A stretch of DNA of 64,000 nucleotides from a virus (taxonomy: Duplodnaviria > Caudoviricetes). Made by a program: the position numbers and the translations under genes. The notes under the pieces are model-generated. The model was not told the DNA's origin. It saw nothing but the letters and a program-made list of their open reading frames with translations, and made no database searches. The stretch lies in the IMG/VR virus record IMGVR_UViG_3300037484_000435, positions 224,001 through 288,000 of that record; one strand, 5' to 3'. Shown piece by piece: positions 1 through 13,700 of the stretch (its first letter is position 1; the number at the start of each line of letters is the position of its first letter).

Positions 1-3000
1 TTGGTAGGACGCCCCGAAATCTAATGCTATAACTGGGTAATCATACATAGATAAGCCTTTATAGGAAAGATTATCGCTACTTGTCCACCCAGTCCCAGAA
101 ACACCCATAGGGGGAGGGTCTACCAACTTCATGTCACCTGCTATGTCAAAGAGTTGTTTGTTTCCATCAAGTATCTCGGTTGCTAATAACGCTTTACCTT
201 TTATTTTAGACATGTAAGGGTCTGGAATAAATTTAACAGAGTCTAATTCTACGTCTACATAAGGACTCTTACGAAATTTAAAATACGTAATCTCGTCTGG
301 TTTTTCCGATGTGAAATCCGTCAGATCGTCCGCGTTTGAATACTCGATATCAAGCCACTCGGTGCCTCGACCATAAGCATCTAATAAACAGATAGCAGGA
401 TCGAACTGTGCCACTAAATGAGTCGCGTCAACACTCGAAGTCCCAAACTGTATATAATCAAATAACACAACAGTATTTATATCTGAAGAAAAGGCGAACT
501 CCACAGGAGCAGTTTCAGACCAATCATAAAGAGACACTCCAGACAGTGTGTTAAAGTATGTCCCTTCATAGGAGTAGGACAAAGTAACCACACCATCAGC
601 CTTCCGCATTCTAAGCCACACGCCCGAAATTGTGGCCGCGGTATCTATACTCGTGAGGTGAGAAACATTATTCTCAGCGATCTCCAAAACACTATTAGAC
701 CTTACAGCAAATTTAACACTATTGGTGTGGGAGGAAGAGTCACGTATGAGCATACCTGCAGAGAACACCCCAGAGCTAGTTGCATTGTCCTCAAAATCTG
801 ATAACCGAAATACAACAGAACCATAGTCAGTTATAGAACCCCATTCAGCCGTAAGAGCTGGAGAAATTAAACGGTAATCAAAAAATCTGGCCTCGTTACT
901 TCGCTTCCAAGGTTTAATCCGTAGACCATCAGATGAGGTAGAAAGAGTAACGGCATCGTTAGCATTCAGAGCGGACCACGCACCATCTGTCGTCACTATA
1001 TCTGACAAATCGGAAACGTAACTAAAATTCTCCACTAGCTTATTACTAGACGCCTTATAGGAGACGTAGTCAATCTGTGAAGAAACTAAAACCCCTTGAG
1101 CCAGTCCCGCCACGGCCTCAGCCCCGCCATAAGTTCCTACTCGCAGGTCATCCGACCACCCCGATATGTCGTAAGCACTGCTAGTAGTCCACGAATCCCA
1201 AGGTAATCGGTACCTGACCTCCACCAAAGTTTTGCTTTTGTCCATTTTAAGTACCAGCGGGTATTCACCTCGTTGTATTGGGGTTATCTGTGGTAAGGTA
1301 CCGCTGGCAGAGTAAAATGCGTTATGGTCACCGCAGCGTACATAATCACCGAACGGTACCTCATACCTAATATTGTCATCACTAATATAACCCGACGCTG
1401 TAAGAATCCCATTACCAGTAAAACGTTCCACACGAAAATACCTAGACAAATCTGAGTTATCGTAAATTACTAAACCAGTAGACGTATCAACCCCAGTAGT
1501 AAAGGCGGAACTTAGTGGGATATTAATCTCAATTGATAAGAATGCTTCTTTATCAGTACTCATAAAGTACGTTGGGTTAAGCCATTTCTTTAGGTCATAA
1601 GGAAAGTGGTGTGCGGGTTGAGTAATAGTCAGGGTTCCACTATTTACTAACATCGAGTCAGCCTTACACCAACTAGATACTTTCCACGAATTATTAAATG
1701 GGTCCGTAGGTTCGTTCCAAGTAAATGCGTCTATAAAGGGACTACCAGAAGTTAAGGTCTGCCAAGTCTGCCCCTCATTCGTTGAGCTATGCCAATACAC
1801 AGGGACCTCGTCCAAGAGAGCATACGAACGGGCGTGGTAATTCACCCCACGATGGTTGCAAAGTGGTGAGTCCTGCGACCTAATTAGTTCTGCCGCACTC
1901 CCCCTATAAGGGTCTTCAACAGACTCCTCGGTATTAAGGTCACTCGCAAACACACACGCATTATCTATAGCTAGGGGGTCAGCCACACCTATCATCAAGT
2001 TGGCTAGATGACCCGTATCATTACAAACCTTGTAGGACTTCGTAGGTCCGTAAGTGAACTCAGAATCATCAGAGGGGGCACCCCAAGACAAGTTAGATAT
2101 TTCAGTAATAGGTTCATCACCATCGATCGTTCTAACTTGCACCGCTAAATGTTGGGGAATTAGTTTTATCTGTTTTATCTTAGCTGGAAAGGTTTTAAAA
2201 TCCAAGTCCAATTTACTCAGCGTGGTTCCGACAGGTGCAATAATTATAGATTCATCGTCCTCCAAGAAATCAAAAATTAAATCATACTTGTATTCAGTAG
2301 TTGTTGCTCTACTAATGTTACTTGAGTTCCATACCTGTCCTTGAGTATCAATCACGTTATATTTTTCTGTGTCAAATACTTGTGGCCCACTAAACCCTGC
2401 ACCATCAACCGCACGAATAATCGTATCCAGACTAGAAAACTTAGACCAAATCGAAACACCCGTAATCCTAGCACTGGTCCACTTCCAAACATACAACCTA
2501 ATACCGTGCGTGGGAAATGAGTTGTATGTATATTCTAACGTGTTCCAAAAAGTGCCATAAGCGGCTTGGCTCCTGTAGTATCGATAAGACTCGTTAAGTC
2601 CGGGGTAATAATCAAAAGGGTCATTCGTAACATAGCTCTGGGCAATATAGATTGAATTGTTATTATCTAATCCATTTAAGGTTGTGAGGATCGGTGGGTC
2701 TAAACGTACCCAACCAACTTCGCTACCTAAATAAGGGGCATCCGTGGAAAACGTATACTCCCCATCCCAACTAATACCTGTCCGCATATTCTCTTCAATA
2801 TAACCCTCTAATGCGAATCCTCTGATGTTTTCAGAATCTTCAAAAGTAAATTTTATTTTAAATATGTCATGTATAAAGCCGGGGAACCAAAAATCGAGCC
2901 ACCAAGCGTCTACCTCATCTGGATTAAAAGCTAACATTAAGTCAGCCTCGTGGGCCAACTGCAGTGCTCCCTGTCCCAAATTAGACGAAGCCCTTACTTG

Positions 3001-4713
3001 AGATACACCGGATTTAATCAGGTCCCATTCAAAAACATCCTCCTCCACCTCCCCCTTGATTGCCACATGGCTCACTCCATACTCCCAACGTAGCTCTGCC
3101 TCTATCCCTATCCCTGGAACCTTAGTATCCGAAAACCCATAGACTGGTAAACTTTGATAACCATAAAACTTTACATCATAAACATCATAATTGACGGTAG
3201 TTCCTACTGAAATATCTCGTACAAATTTCTCTATCCAAGAATATTTATAATACATCTCTGGCCAAGCCTTAGCATTTTCTTCTGTGGAAATAGCCGGAAG
3301 ACACATAAACAAGCCAAATACATCCCCCGGTTTAACTTCCCAATCCACCAGTAATTCATATAAGGACTCTTGTCCAGTTTTGGAATCCGATCCAGTAATT
3401 GGACTACTGTAAATAGTTTGAAACTGGGAATCTGATACTGGGCGTAAAAGTAAGATGGCACTCCGTGCAGTTAAATTACCTTTGTACCAAACTTTTGAAA
3501 TTGTACCATGGTAAGTAGCCCCACCAAAGGAATCAATAAATAAAGAACCTTCCACGTAGCCCTCATCCAGTAACTTTTCAATAGGAAATGAAAGGAGGTC
3601 ATTACGCCCAATTTCCACTGAAGGGCGTTGTGGGTCAAAATCTATAGTTGTAACATCTGCACTAGGAAGCCGGTAAAGTAAAGTTGCTGGTTGTTTTTGG
3701 TAACCTTCCACAAAACCATCTGCTGGATTTTTTCCGCCCTCGGTTCGGTAAGTGGCTTGGGAGGAGGAAGAGAAAAACCCCAGTCTCTCTGTAGCATCTT
3801 TTGTTCCGCCGTGGTAAATTTGGACCCCACCCAATCGTCCTCTAGTTCCTGTGTATATTGTGAAATTCTCGTCCACCTCATTATAGTAGCACTCAGCAAA
3901 TTTGTAACCACCAAATGATAAAGTATTCAACTTCAGTGTTATTTCTTGTGCGATAGACCAGCAATCTGTACAATGGCTTAAGTCTAAATCTATATACTTG
4001 GCTGGATAACCATCTAGCCCAACTCCGATTCTACAATTATTATCATCAATTAGGACACTCCGTTTACGAGTAATGCTGTAAGCCTTCGCGTAGGTGCCAG
4101 TCCCTTGACATATGTGCTTGTAGTGTCGATTATAAGCACACGGAGCATAGTTACATTTATAGTGTGTATTAGATGTAAAAGCCAACCGCTGAATAATGAT
4201 TTCTACATTAGGGTATCCATCTATAAATGGGTGAAGTTCTAAATAATTACAGTTACCAACCCACTTAGAATAAGTCAACATTGTAAATTTATACCGGTGC
4301 CACTCACCGTCGGGGTACACATCAAAATCAGCCTGTGCTTCGGCTGGGGTAACTGGATCGCTTTCAGTTCGCCAGACTAAACGAGCAGTCAACGACTCAG
4401 GGGTAGTTCGCCCTGTTACACTCTCATTACACCTGATCAGCATATCTAATTCTAAATCAGTAAAGAAGTCAGCTTCAAAAGGTGTGGTTAGGGTTTCGTC
4501 CAAAGATATGTAGCATGAAGAATCGGTACTTGTCCCCCAAAGAAAACGGCCTTCTGCCCAATGCCAATCTGCCCCGCCGTTATCACTAAACCCACAGTCT
4601 CCCCTACTGAAGATAGCCTCGAATCCACAATTGGTATCATGTATACAGCGGTCTTTGTTACGTATATATCTACAATCGTTTAGGAGGTTATACTCTCTAT
4701 CGATATTAAGCAT
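1..4713 (-). CDS. Large virion/fibre-like protein, >1571 aa, 3'-truncated by the window edge; CBM-like N-terminal domain plus two ConA/DUF1349-like domains (absent from the ORF track)
   Basis: The ATG at 4713-4711 overlaps the TAA of the 3403-aa gene (TAATG). Manual translation (MLNIDREYNLLNDCRYIRNK...ALDFGASYQ) stays open to position 1, and 4713 is divisible by 3. Motifs: DGEWHRYKFTMLTYSKWVGNCNYLELHP (CBM-like) and SAGMLIRD...GVWLRMRKADGVVTLSYS...LFDYIQF (ConA-like). Confidence 0.85.
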   Translation of the reverse strand, partial: MLNIDREYNLLNDCRYIRNKDRCIHDTNCGFEAIFSRGDCGFSDNGGADWHWAEGRFLWGTSTDSSCYISLDETLTTPFEADFFTDLELDMLIRCNESVTGRTTPESLTARLVWRTESDPVTPAEAQADFDVYPDGEWHRYKFTMLTYSKWVGNCNYLELHPFIDGYPNVEIIIQRLAFTSNTHYKCNYAPCAYNRHYKHICQGTGTYAKAYSITRKRSVLIDDNNCRIGVGLDGYPAKYIDLDLSHCTDCWSIAQEITLKLNTLSFGGYKFAECYYNEVDENFTIYTGTRGRLGGVQIYHGGTKDATERLGFFSSSSQATYRTEGGKNPADGFVEGYQKQPATLLYRLPSADVTTIDFDPQRPSVEIGRNDLLSFPIEKLLDEGYVEGSLFIDSFGGATYHGTISKVWYKGNLTARSAILLLRPVSDSQFQTIYSSPITGSDSKTGQESLYELLVDWEVKPGDVFGLFMCLPAISTEENAKAWPEMYYKYSWIEKFVRDISVGTTVNYDVYDVKFYGYQSLPVYGFSDTKVPGIGIEAELRWEYGVSHVAIKGEVEEDVFEWDLIKSGVSQVRASSNLGQGALQLAHEADLMLAFNPDEVDAWWLDFWFPGFIHDIFKIKFTFEDSENIRGFALEGYIEENMRTGISWDGEYTFSTDAPYLGSEVGWVRLDPPILTTLNGLDNNNSIYIAQSYVTNDPFDYYPGLNESYRYYRSQAAYGTFWNTLEYTYNSFPTHGIRLYVWKWTSARITGVSIWSKFSSLDTIIRAVDGAGFSGPQVFDTEKYNVIDTQGQVWNSSNISRATTTEYKYDLIFDFLEDDESIIIAPVGTTLSKLDLDFKTFPAKIKQIKLIPQHLAVQVRTIDGDEPITEISNLSWGAPSDDSEFTYGPTKSYKVCNDTGHLANLMIGVADPLAIDNACVFASDLNTEESVEDPYRGSAAELIRSQDSPLCNHRGVNYHARSYALLDEVPVYWHSSTNEGQTWQTLTSGSPFIDAFTWNEPTDPFNNSWKVSSWCKADSMLVNSGTLTITQPAHHFPYDLKKWLNPTYFMSTDKEAFLSIEINIPLSSAFTTGVDTSTGLVIYDNSDLSRYFRVERFTGNGILTASGYISDDNIRYEVPFGDYVRCGDHNAFYSASGTLPQITPIQRGEYPLVLKMDKSKTLVEVRYRLPWDSWTTSSAYDISGWSDDLRVGTYGGAEAVAGLAQGVLVSSQIDYVSYKASSNKLVENFSYVSDLSDIVTTDGAWSALNANDAVTLSTSSDGLRIKPWKRSNEARFFDYRLISPALTAEWGSITDYGSVVFRLSDFEDNATSSGVFSAGMLIRDSSSHTNSVKFAVRSNSVLEIAENNVSHLTSIDTAATISGVWLRMRKADGVVTLSYSYEGTYFNTLSGVSLYDWSETAPVEFAFSSDINTVVLFDYIQFGTSSVDATHLVAQFDPAICLLDAYGRGTEWLDIEYSNADDLTDFTSEKPDEITYFKFRKSPYVDVELDSVKFIPDPYMSKIKGKALLATEILDGNKQLFDIAGDMKLVDPPPMGVSGTGWTSSDNLSYKGLSMYDYPVIALDFGASYQ

Positions 4714-7700
4714 TAGAACCTCCACCATGGGTCAGGTCTATTCAAGGTACTACCTCCGTCACTACTAACAGCTCTTGGCCAACTAAGAACATCTTCTGGT
4801 TTCCATTTTTGTTTTAGGTCTTTGCATTCTGTACCACCAGAATCGTCGAAATGCTCTAAGTTTTGTCCTTCAGGAGAATCAGACTTTCGTTTACAATCTA
4901 TAGAAACTATCGTCGGAAAACCCCTTTTGACTGCAGCTCTACCCCTTTTCATAGCCTTGGCCCACTCCTCTCCCCATTTTGACCAAATCTTCCCCCCGTC
5001 TACCTCAGCGTCCTTGTGTGCCCATTTAGACCCACACCGCCTGACAAGAATAGTTTTCCAATCTGACCCAGACGAAGAATTGAGAGGGTATTTATTTTTT
5101 TCCTCACTTCTAAAAGAAAAACTACTAATCTCTTCCCAAGACCACTCTTTCCATTCCATAGAACAACCACTTTCTTTTTTACCTTCTAAATCCCGTGCTG
5201 TAATTGGCTTTAAACCACGCGATACAAATTTATTCTCTAATTGTAAATAATAACCCGTCATATCTAAAATCTCATTCCACTCATGGTAAGGAATAATCGC
5301 GGTAAATTTTATAGATGTTAGGCCATCATCTAATTTCTTTGCCTCATCCCACACTTTTTTCTGGTTTTCCTCTCGCTCCTTTATTTGAGTCCAGTTAACC
5401 TCATCAATCTTCATATTAATTTCATCTAAGAATACCCAAGTTCTCTGATCGTTAACTCTATAATTTTTAGCCGTTGCGTTAGAGTTAAGTATTCCGTCCA
5501 CAGCACTCTGCGCCATCTGGCTTGCATAATCATTACCAGGAACCGATATACCTTTATTTGATGCGTTGTAATTTTGTGCGTAGTTTACTCCGTATTCCCT
5601 AGCATTAGTAGCACTTCGGCGGTCTTCCGCAGTTGTTTGCTCAACTGTTTGTATAGTTCTTAATAAGGTATCAAAACCCCTAACTTCATACTTATAGGCA
5701 AATTCGTTTATCTTATCGTCCTTGTCCACACCACGTGCTTTGCCCTCGTTGATAACTTTTGACTCATCTTTGTATTGTGGGCCAAATTTGAAGTACCTCC
5801 CTTTCATAACAATATGTCCCTCTTCATAGGGCAGGGCGGGCCACCAAATCATGTCCCGTGTTGGATACTGGTCTGCCGTAACCCACTCTGGTCCAGCCAT
5901 TCGAGTAGTCCAGATACCACCCCACGCCCAGCCTTGGTCGCCATCTCTTTGTGGCCACTCATAGGGGTCCCTTGTGTCTGGGAGACTGTCCCAATTAAGA
6001 GCATTCCACGCATTAATCTTTAAACGAGAAGTTGGTAACTCGGGAAGTTCGGCACATACTCTGGGGAATATTTGTGCGGCGGGCTCTTTGCCCAAAGCAG
6101 AGCTTTTCTTTTTTCCTTGTGCATCATACAGACCACCAGTAGAAGTATCCTCTTCAGCCTCTCTAAGTTTCTTCCACATCTCTTCTTCTGCCTTCACCAT
6201 CCACTGTTCTGATACCCCAGCCTTACCAGCGTCTTCTGTTGTTAATCTTCCTGACTGTTTCCACCACCCTTCCTTACGCTCAGTACGCTTATCAAAATCT
6301 TCCCAATTAGGTTTATAAAGTTTTGAATCAGACTCGGTAAAAAAGTTGTAAAGGCGTTTTACGTCAGAATCGGGTCCCCGCGATACCCCAAACTTGGTCT
6401 CTTTAACGGTTACAACTTCTGCACACTTTCCAGGCATTAGCGACCCAAATTTAATAGTTTTTACAAGCTCATTTAAATAGCTATACTTAGACTCATCTGG
6501 TGTCTCTGTCCACCCAGTCTGCTCAGCATATGTTCTCTTTGTCTCAGGCATGGCTTTCCAAGGACCAAGGTTGAAATTATTTGGATCAGTCCTAATCCAC
6601 CAAGTAAATTCAACTATCATATTTGCAGTTACACCAAAATCACAATTATAAGTTAATGTCAACTCATCCACAGTAGGGCTCTTTTTTAATGGAAATGCAT
6701 TTATGAAAGTAGGTACTTTACTGGGGAAAGTATCTCCGCCTGGTATTGGGGAACCATAGACTTTAACTTCAACCGATAGCGAGTCGGATATATTTAAAAA
6801 GTAGTCATTTACATTTTGTTCCTTAAACCAATCGTCATAAGTTACTTCCACAAAAAGTAAATTAGCAAAGAAATTCTTTAACACAAAGGTGCCTGTAACT
6901 TTATGCTGATTAGTTCCCGCTATACTTTTCTGTTTAAGGAGTCTTATTTTCTTATACCATTCCACTGGTATTTCTTTCTCTAGATAAACTTTGCCTACGG
7001 TACGATGATTTATAATCCCTGTGGAAAATCCGGGGTAAAGACCAGATTCATTCTGCAATGATTTCGTGATGAGGTTAGCGTTTGGGGCCCATTGTTGAAT
7101 TAAAGTATCGGTTATCTTGCCTGTACTAAATGCTGTTTTATAATTAGGAAAACCCTTTTCATCTTTGCTGTCTTCATCTCCTTTGGCCAGAGTAACTGGA
7201 ACTAGAGACCCAGTAGTTGCTACACGGTGAACCATAATATCTGGTTTAGTAGGAACTTTAAAAGCACCTATATCTTGTATATCTGCGTTGTCCAGTTTCT
7301 CTATCCACATTAGAGGGGGACGTATCGTACCATCCTCATCTACCCGCTCCGACTCTACAATAATAGCAAAGGAAGTATCCTTATATGTTTTTTCCTTCTC
7401 ATTTTTAGACGAACTGGTTTTATCTTCGTCTAATTCAGGCCCGCCTGAAATATCGCGGCCATCATCCATATCTTCTGTCTTTTGGAAATATGGAGCACAT
7501 TGTAAAGTGGGTATCGCCCAAAGACCTTGGTCATTGACCGCATCAGTAAGATATTTTGGCTTTACTTCTTGAACCTGCGTTCCTGAGCTAGTGTCGGGCG
7601 GCAATAAGTCTAAATACCACCTAACTGTTTTCTTAGCTCGTATTAATGTGTCTCTCACATCAGACGGCCAAGCCCAACTAGGTGTAAACCCTTGTACGGT

Positions 7701-10700
7701 TTTGTAACCCACAAAAAATTTACCATGCTCGTAAGGACTAGTGAATCCGGGGTACCGTTGGCCAACATACATGTAGTCACCCGCGAGTACACTGAACCCT
7801 TTAATGGTAAGTCCATCTATATAGGGCTCTGGATAATCTTCATCTGGTTGCTTTCTTTGACTCTCCACTGGGTCTTTCATAGTTAACCCTGCTTGTGATA
7901 AATCTTGGCTGTCAATTACCGCGGGGCTGTCACAAGTTACATATATGGCTGACATGGAGGAGTCATCTGAGACTGTTAGGGTGAATCTCCCAACATCAGA
8001 CCTTATAGAAGGTTGGCCATATTTTCTCGTGTTGTGTTCAGTAACAATCCGCAGCTCCTTCACTGTGCTAGGATTAGAGAATATATTCCTCTCACCTACC
8101 CCAGGGTCTTGTATACTGGGAGCCTGTTCCGAGAATGGTGCGTCCGTGAACAGATAATTATAAAAAGGGTTATAGGGTTCAGACGATAAGGGAACTAATG
8201 CCCTTGTGCATTCATGAGGAGGTGACAACATGACTACCATTTCCCGAGCAGTACCATCTGGGTCACGAGAAGTCCACCAACTAGGGATGGTTGGAAAAGT
8301 AGATATAACGGAGGGCTTTTCTCGTGGGAGCCAAGAAATCGCCCCACCAATAGTACAAATCTCTACCACAAATAATTCTCGACCCATATTTCCAAACAAG
8401 GGAGGGGAGTCATACGGGCTCCACGGATAATTGTAACCGAAGGCAGTTTGTTGGTATTCATAATAACGCATACATTGTTTTTCTAATTTTTCTCTAGCTT
8501 TTTCCGTCTTCTTATTTAACTCATTCCTAGCCTGACCTCGGGCTGTTTTTGCGTTTAGCTGCTCTACCTTAGACCTTGCTTCACTGGCCTTACTCTCTGC
8601 TTCCGCCTTCTTTTGCTCCTGTTCCTGTACTTTATCATCTATAGATTGCACCTCGGTTTTATTTCCATACGTTTCCCCCGTCACAGGGTCCACAGCAGTG
8701 CTGTTTGGCTGCCCGTAGAGACTATCTTTGGTTCTCTTTAGGCTCTCCCTTTTCGCTTTAGCATCCTCATAAGCCTGTTTCTTATTGTTCACAGTAGTTT
8801 GTTGATCGGTCACTTTCTGTTCTTGTTCTGTTATGGCTCCGCTGGGGTCCGTCAGCTGGTCCACTTTACCATAAATCTTATCATCATCAAAACCACGATA
8901 CACTCTTTCTGGATTAAGGGCCATACTATCCTGAAAAGATTTGTAACCATTATAAGTATTTGTGGCACTATCAAAAGCGGCATTTAGTGCTGGGTCTGAG
9001 AAAGGTGGAACTGTCCCAGCGGCGGCTGCCTCCGCTGCATCTTTATCTGCAAGAGCTTGGCTAACCCTAACATCTATTGAAGAAATACTACCAATATTGG
9101 CGTATATCTTACCATCTGTAAAAGGCTTAGTAACAGTAGCGTCTGCTTGAACAGCTTTTTGTATTGCCTTCAGTGACTCTAAAACATCTTCATACTTCTT
9201 TAAGTCGGCATAAGCCTCGTCATATTCCGTCTTTTTGGTTTCTTCATCTACTATCGCGTTATTATAAGCCTCATCTATATTAGCAACATCCCCAGGTGTA
9301 CTCCCGCCGGACTGCTGAGCCCGCTGTGCTGATCCATATTGGGTACCATCGGAATAAGTAACAGTTGCGTTAGGGCTTTCTCGTATTATATTTTGGAAAC
9401 GTTGTAACTTTTTATACTCAGCATCCTGCTTTTCGGCCTCTCTTTCCGCAGCTCTAGCACGAGCCTCTAACTCTTGGTATTCAAATTCCCCGCGAGACGC
9501 TGGGTCAGACCCATAATAGGGAGTAACGCTTCCAGGAACATATTCGTCAGACAGTTGAAAGGCCCCCAAATCCAGACGTTTCTTATCCCCGTATTTATCA
9601 CATCCGGTCAACATATTAACTTGAGACTTCTGGGATAACTCCTTTACTCTTTGTGCTTCCGCACTGGTAGCCTGAGACTCTTCATCGTTAACAAACTTTA
9701 ATCCCGCGGTATAATCAACTATCCAACCCTTTATTTTACCACGAGCCTGCTCTCGTTTCAAACTCTCTAGGGATGATTCAGTTTTTGCATTTGTCCAAAA
9801 AGTATAAAGTTTAGTAACCCGCTCCTTCCACTCTTCGTATTTTTCAGTACTGGGGTCATCTGGAACAAAAGCTTTTAGTTCTTCCTCTGTAAGTTGCTCC
9901 TCCCCAGTTTGTAGTGTAACAGGTTCAGAATCAACGCGGTCTACTAAGTAAGTCCAATCAGCAGACCAAGCACTCTTCTTGGTAATAGTGCCTTTATCAA
10001 TGCCGCACAACGGACATGCTCCCCCACTAGCACACTTATCTCTCTTAAAGTAGCGGTTACACTCTGGACAATAGCACTGGTCCTCTGCGTAAGATGTGGT
10101 AGCTGCATAAGGTTTTAGAAAAACTGTTTTAGTAGGTAAATCAAAATATTCCCTATATTCTAGCTGGAAGACTGGTCCACGAGTCTTGGACCTCCCTAAG
10201 AACTTTGTTTCACGTTTAGTGTCATAAAACCAATGCCGAGACCATTGTCTAATCCTAACTACGTCTGTTCCTTTAACACACCAGTCATATGCCTGTAACC
10301 TAAAGCCACCAAGGTCCTTAGCCTCATCCGCTTTGTTTCTCCACCTATCTAAAAAATCCCACGTATACGTTTTATGCCGAGGGACATAGGCTGTTCCAGT
10401 CTCCCCCCTAGTATAGGGATAATAAAGAGAACCCACGTTATCAGGAGGAGAAAAAATTGTGTCAACATCTGTAGGAAAACCGTAGGTAGGATTTTTATTG
10501 GTGATATATTGTGCAGTTTTATCTTCAAAATTGGTGGACCACTCCGCCCGAGTAATGTGAAATCTAGGCGTTCCGCCTTGAACATTCCTAGATGTTGTTG
10601 TACTGTAACTTAATTTCGGTTGAAACTCAGTGCCTAAATCATGGTCCCCTTGGTCAGCCATAGTAAATTGGCGGTCCTTTCCCTTGGTCTTGTTATATGC

Positions 10701-13700
10701 ATAACCCGCAGCGTAGTTTGTCATCGTCCTGTTTTTCATGTTACCAGTACTTAATTCTTCGCCTTTATAATTATCCCGCCACACATAACTAATTTCGTAG
10801 TCTCGGCAAGCATAACGAGCATAGGGCCAAATGGTAGCTACAGTGTGTGCCCCAATTGGTGCGTAGCCGAAACCATCAATAGTTTGGTCACTGCTCGGAG
10901 TATATTTGAAGACTGTCCGCATTATTCCTGCTTTAGGGCTGGAAATTAATATACGTGTTTGCTTGTCTGAAGAATAACTTTTTTCCCAATCATAAGCTTC
11001 CGCTTCATTTTCGTCATACATCTCGCCAATATAAGCATACTCCATATAGAGGTCCATTTCAGTTTTATCAGGGATCGTGATTGGTATCGCAGCAGTAATT
11101 TGAGGGTACCACTCATTATTGTAGAACCGCCATTCCTTAACATTCACCTTCTCCTCAACAGGAGAAGCAAAGAATACCCAAGGATGTCGCCCAGTAACTT
11201 CTTTATCGAAGACCTCCACAAACTCAGATACTTCTACCTTGTTATACTCAATGCCATCCTCTTGAGTGGTTCCTATATACTTAGCAGTCTTACCTGTAGA
11301 ATAACCAGGGAATGGCCTAGTAATTTGTGAGTAGTTCATTGGCATAAACTTAATTTTCTTATCCTTTACTTGCCAATTACCGTCCGCGTCCTTATATTGT
11401 TGCTGTAGCATTGCCTCCATACTAAATATCATAAACTCGGTATTAGCGTTACAAATCTTTGGGTCAACCACAACGATTATAGTAGAAGCACAAGCGGAAC
11501 TTTTATACCATTTGATTAGTTTGCTATCCTTGCTAATTTTAGCCCCGCGTGGTTTAGTTGGGTCAGTAGTGGAAGCACCACCTTTATCAGACTCCCTAGT
11601 AGAGTAAACGACTACTTTTTTAAGAGCTTTCGGAGCAAAAGTTTTCCAAGGAATAATATCAGCTGATTCGCCCTGCCCCACAGATAAGTAATCCCATTTG
11701 ATAACACCAGAGTCATTCGGAATTGACAAAGTAATATCCTCATTCTTATTTGAACGGTCAATTGTGTTGTATTTTCCTATATCACGAAACTCAGTTCGAT
11801 CAGAATTTAAGAACGGTATATACAGACGGTTAACTGCGTCCTCTTTTGCTAGAGGAGTGGTTGTAGTAATAGCTGTCTCCTCCTTTACTACACCGCCTTC
11901 GTCCGTGTCAGTATCACCTTTTTTCGAGTACTTCTTTTTATCCTTGTAACTATACTTAGTCGTCGAAATCTTCTGGTCATTAGAAACGTCTGGGGGGTCT
12001 GGAATGTCTTCCCCTAGAGCCTCAGATTTTTTCTTCTCTAATGATTTTATCTTCTTATCAGCATCTTCAATTTGGGTAGTCAACGCGGCAGCCCTTTCGG
12101 TTTCTCCCAAAGAAACATACCGGTCACGTCTATTTTCTAAAGCACTCTTTTCTTCTTTAGCAATGGTTATCTTTTTATCTAATTCTTTAACTAGCTCCTC
12201 TTTGTCACTATCAGTGGACATACGTTTAATACTTTCAGCGTAAGCTGATTCCGACGCCTTAATCAACTGCTCCCGTAATGCGGATAATTGTGTTTGTTTC
12301 TGTGCTAAGGTTTTTTGCATTTCGGTAATATCTTCAGTGCTGGGACGTGGATTATCTCGCCTAAGTTGTGTGTTTAGTGTTTCGATTTCTCTCTCTAACC
12401 CGTAGATACTATCCTGTAGAGCTGATATTTCACTAACAAAATCCCCAGTAGCAGTAGAATAATACCACCCTCCCAATTGAATAACAGTACCACCTTTTTC
12501 TAAAGCACCCTTATCAACAGGTTTACTGATAGTGTCATACAAGTAACGTTCGTTTAAAAATACAGAGGGACGTCCGTTCCAGATAGCTTTCCAAGATGTT
12601 GTCAACTTGGTATTTTTCTGATACATCCACGCATGCCTAAATACAGGCTTTACCTTAACTATGTCAGCGTCGATATTTGCGGCAGAACTAAACCCAAATA
12701 CAATAATGTGATTCGGGTCATCTAGTAAACTTAACGGAACCGAAGGAAAAATAAACATACCCCTATAATCCAGATATGTTTTCAGAACCGTAAAGTTTTT
12801 TAGAACTGGGTCATTCCCTGCGATCTGTGCTTTGTTTACGTCTCTCCATAGATTATGTAGAATTTCCTGTGCTCTAGTCCCCGCGATTTCTTGATTTATA
12901 AGTAATGCTTCGAGCTCTTCTCTATACCTAGTCCAATCAAATTTTTCGCTTTTACCCTGCAGAAATGCAGTATTAATACAGTAAACTCCTGTTTGATACT
13001 GGCCCCGCATGGCCTGTCCCACCACGTTAGTGACTAATCCAGCACGGTTCCAAATTAATTTAGTGTAAACTTTTTTCTTCAAATTGATTAATTTTTCTTG
13101 ATACTTTTGTGTGTCTGTCACGGCAAGATTTAGGTCCGCCAAATCTGGACAAGGCCAAATAATCTTTATCTGTCCTGTGGGACGCAATTCTATTTTACGA
13201 ATCAACGAAGGGATATCAGGTACCTGTACACCATCTTCCATGGTCCTATCTTGTTTACGCTTGAACGCAGTAACCGAACCACCTGGAAGTTTCCTCATGG
13301 GCTTCAACTCTATTTTACCTGTTTTAGGGTCAATCACCGTTTTACGAGAATAAACCTCGTACTCGTGGTGCCAAAAACCCTCTACTTGTGTACCGTTTTC
13401 ATCTGTAAAATATTTAGTCTGTTTAAACACTGGATTGAATGGCACAGTAGTCCATATGTAGGGGTTAAGCCAAGTGCTTTTCCATTCTTCTTCTGTCCAC
13501 GGTAAACCCCCTTTGGACATCCACATAATTTCCAGCATAGAAGCAGCCGTTACAGAATCCCCTGGGTACATATTCTGTAATTTAGAATAACGCTTCTCAG
13601 TATCTTTATCCCCCATCAAAGGGTTCTGGTAATAAGGACATGCTCGCCCATCAACTAGGCTGAAGGCACCACCACCATTACACACATGACCCCAAGTGTA

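Noticed and set aside
1-4712. Apparent non-coding or recoded region (only short ORFs in the track)
   Set aside because: It is one open minus-strand frame leaving the window. TAA, TAG and TGA all serve as genuine stops elsewhere, so there is no sign of stop-codon reassignment.
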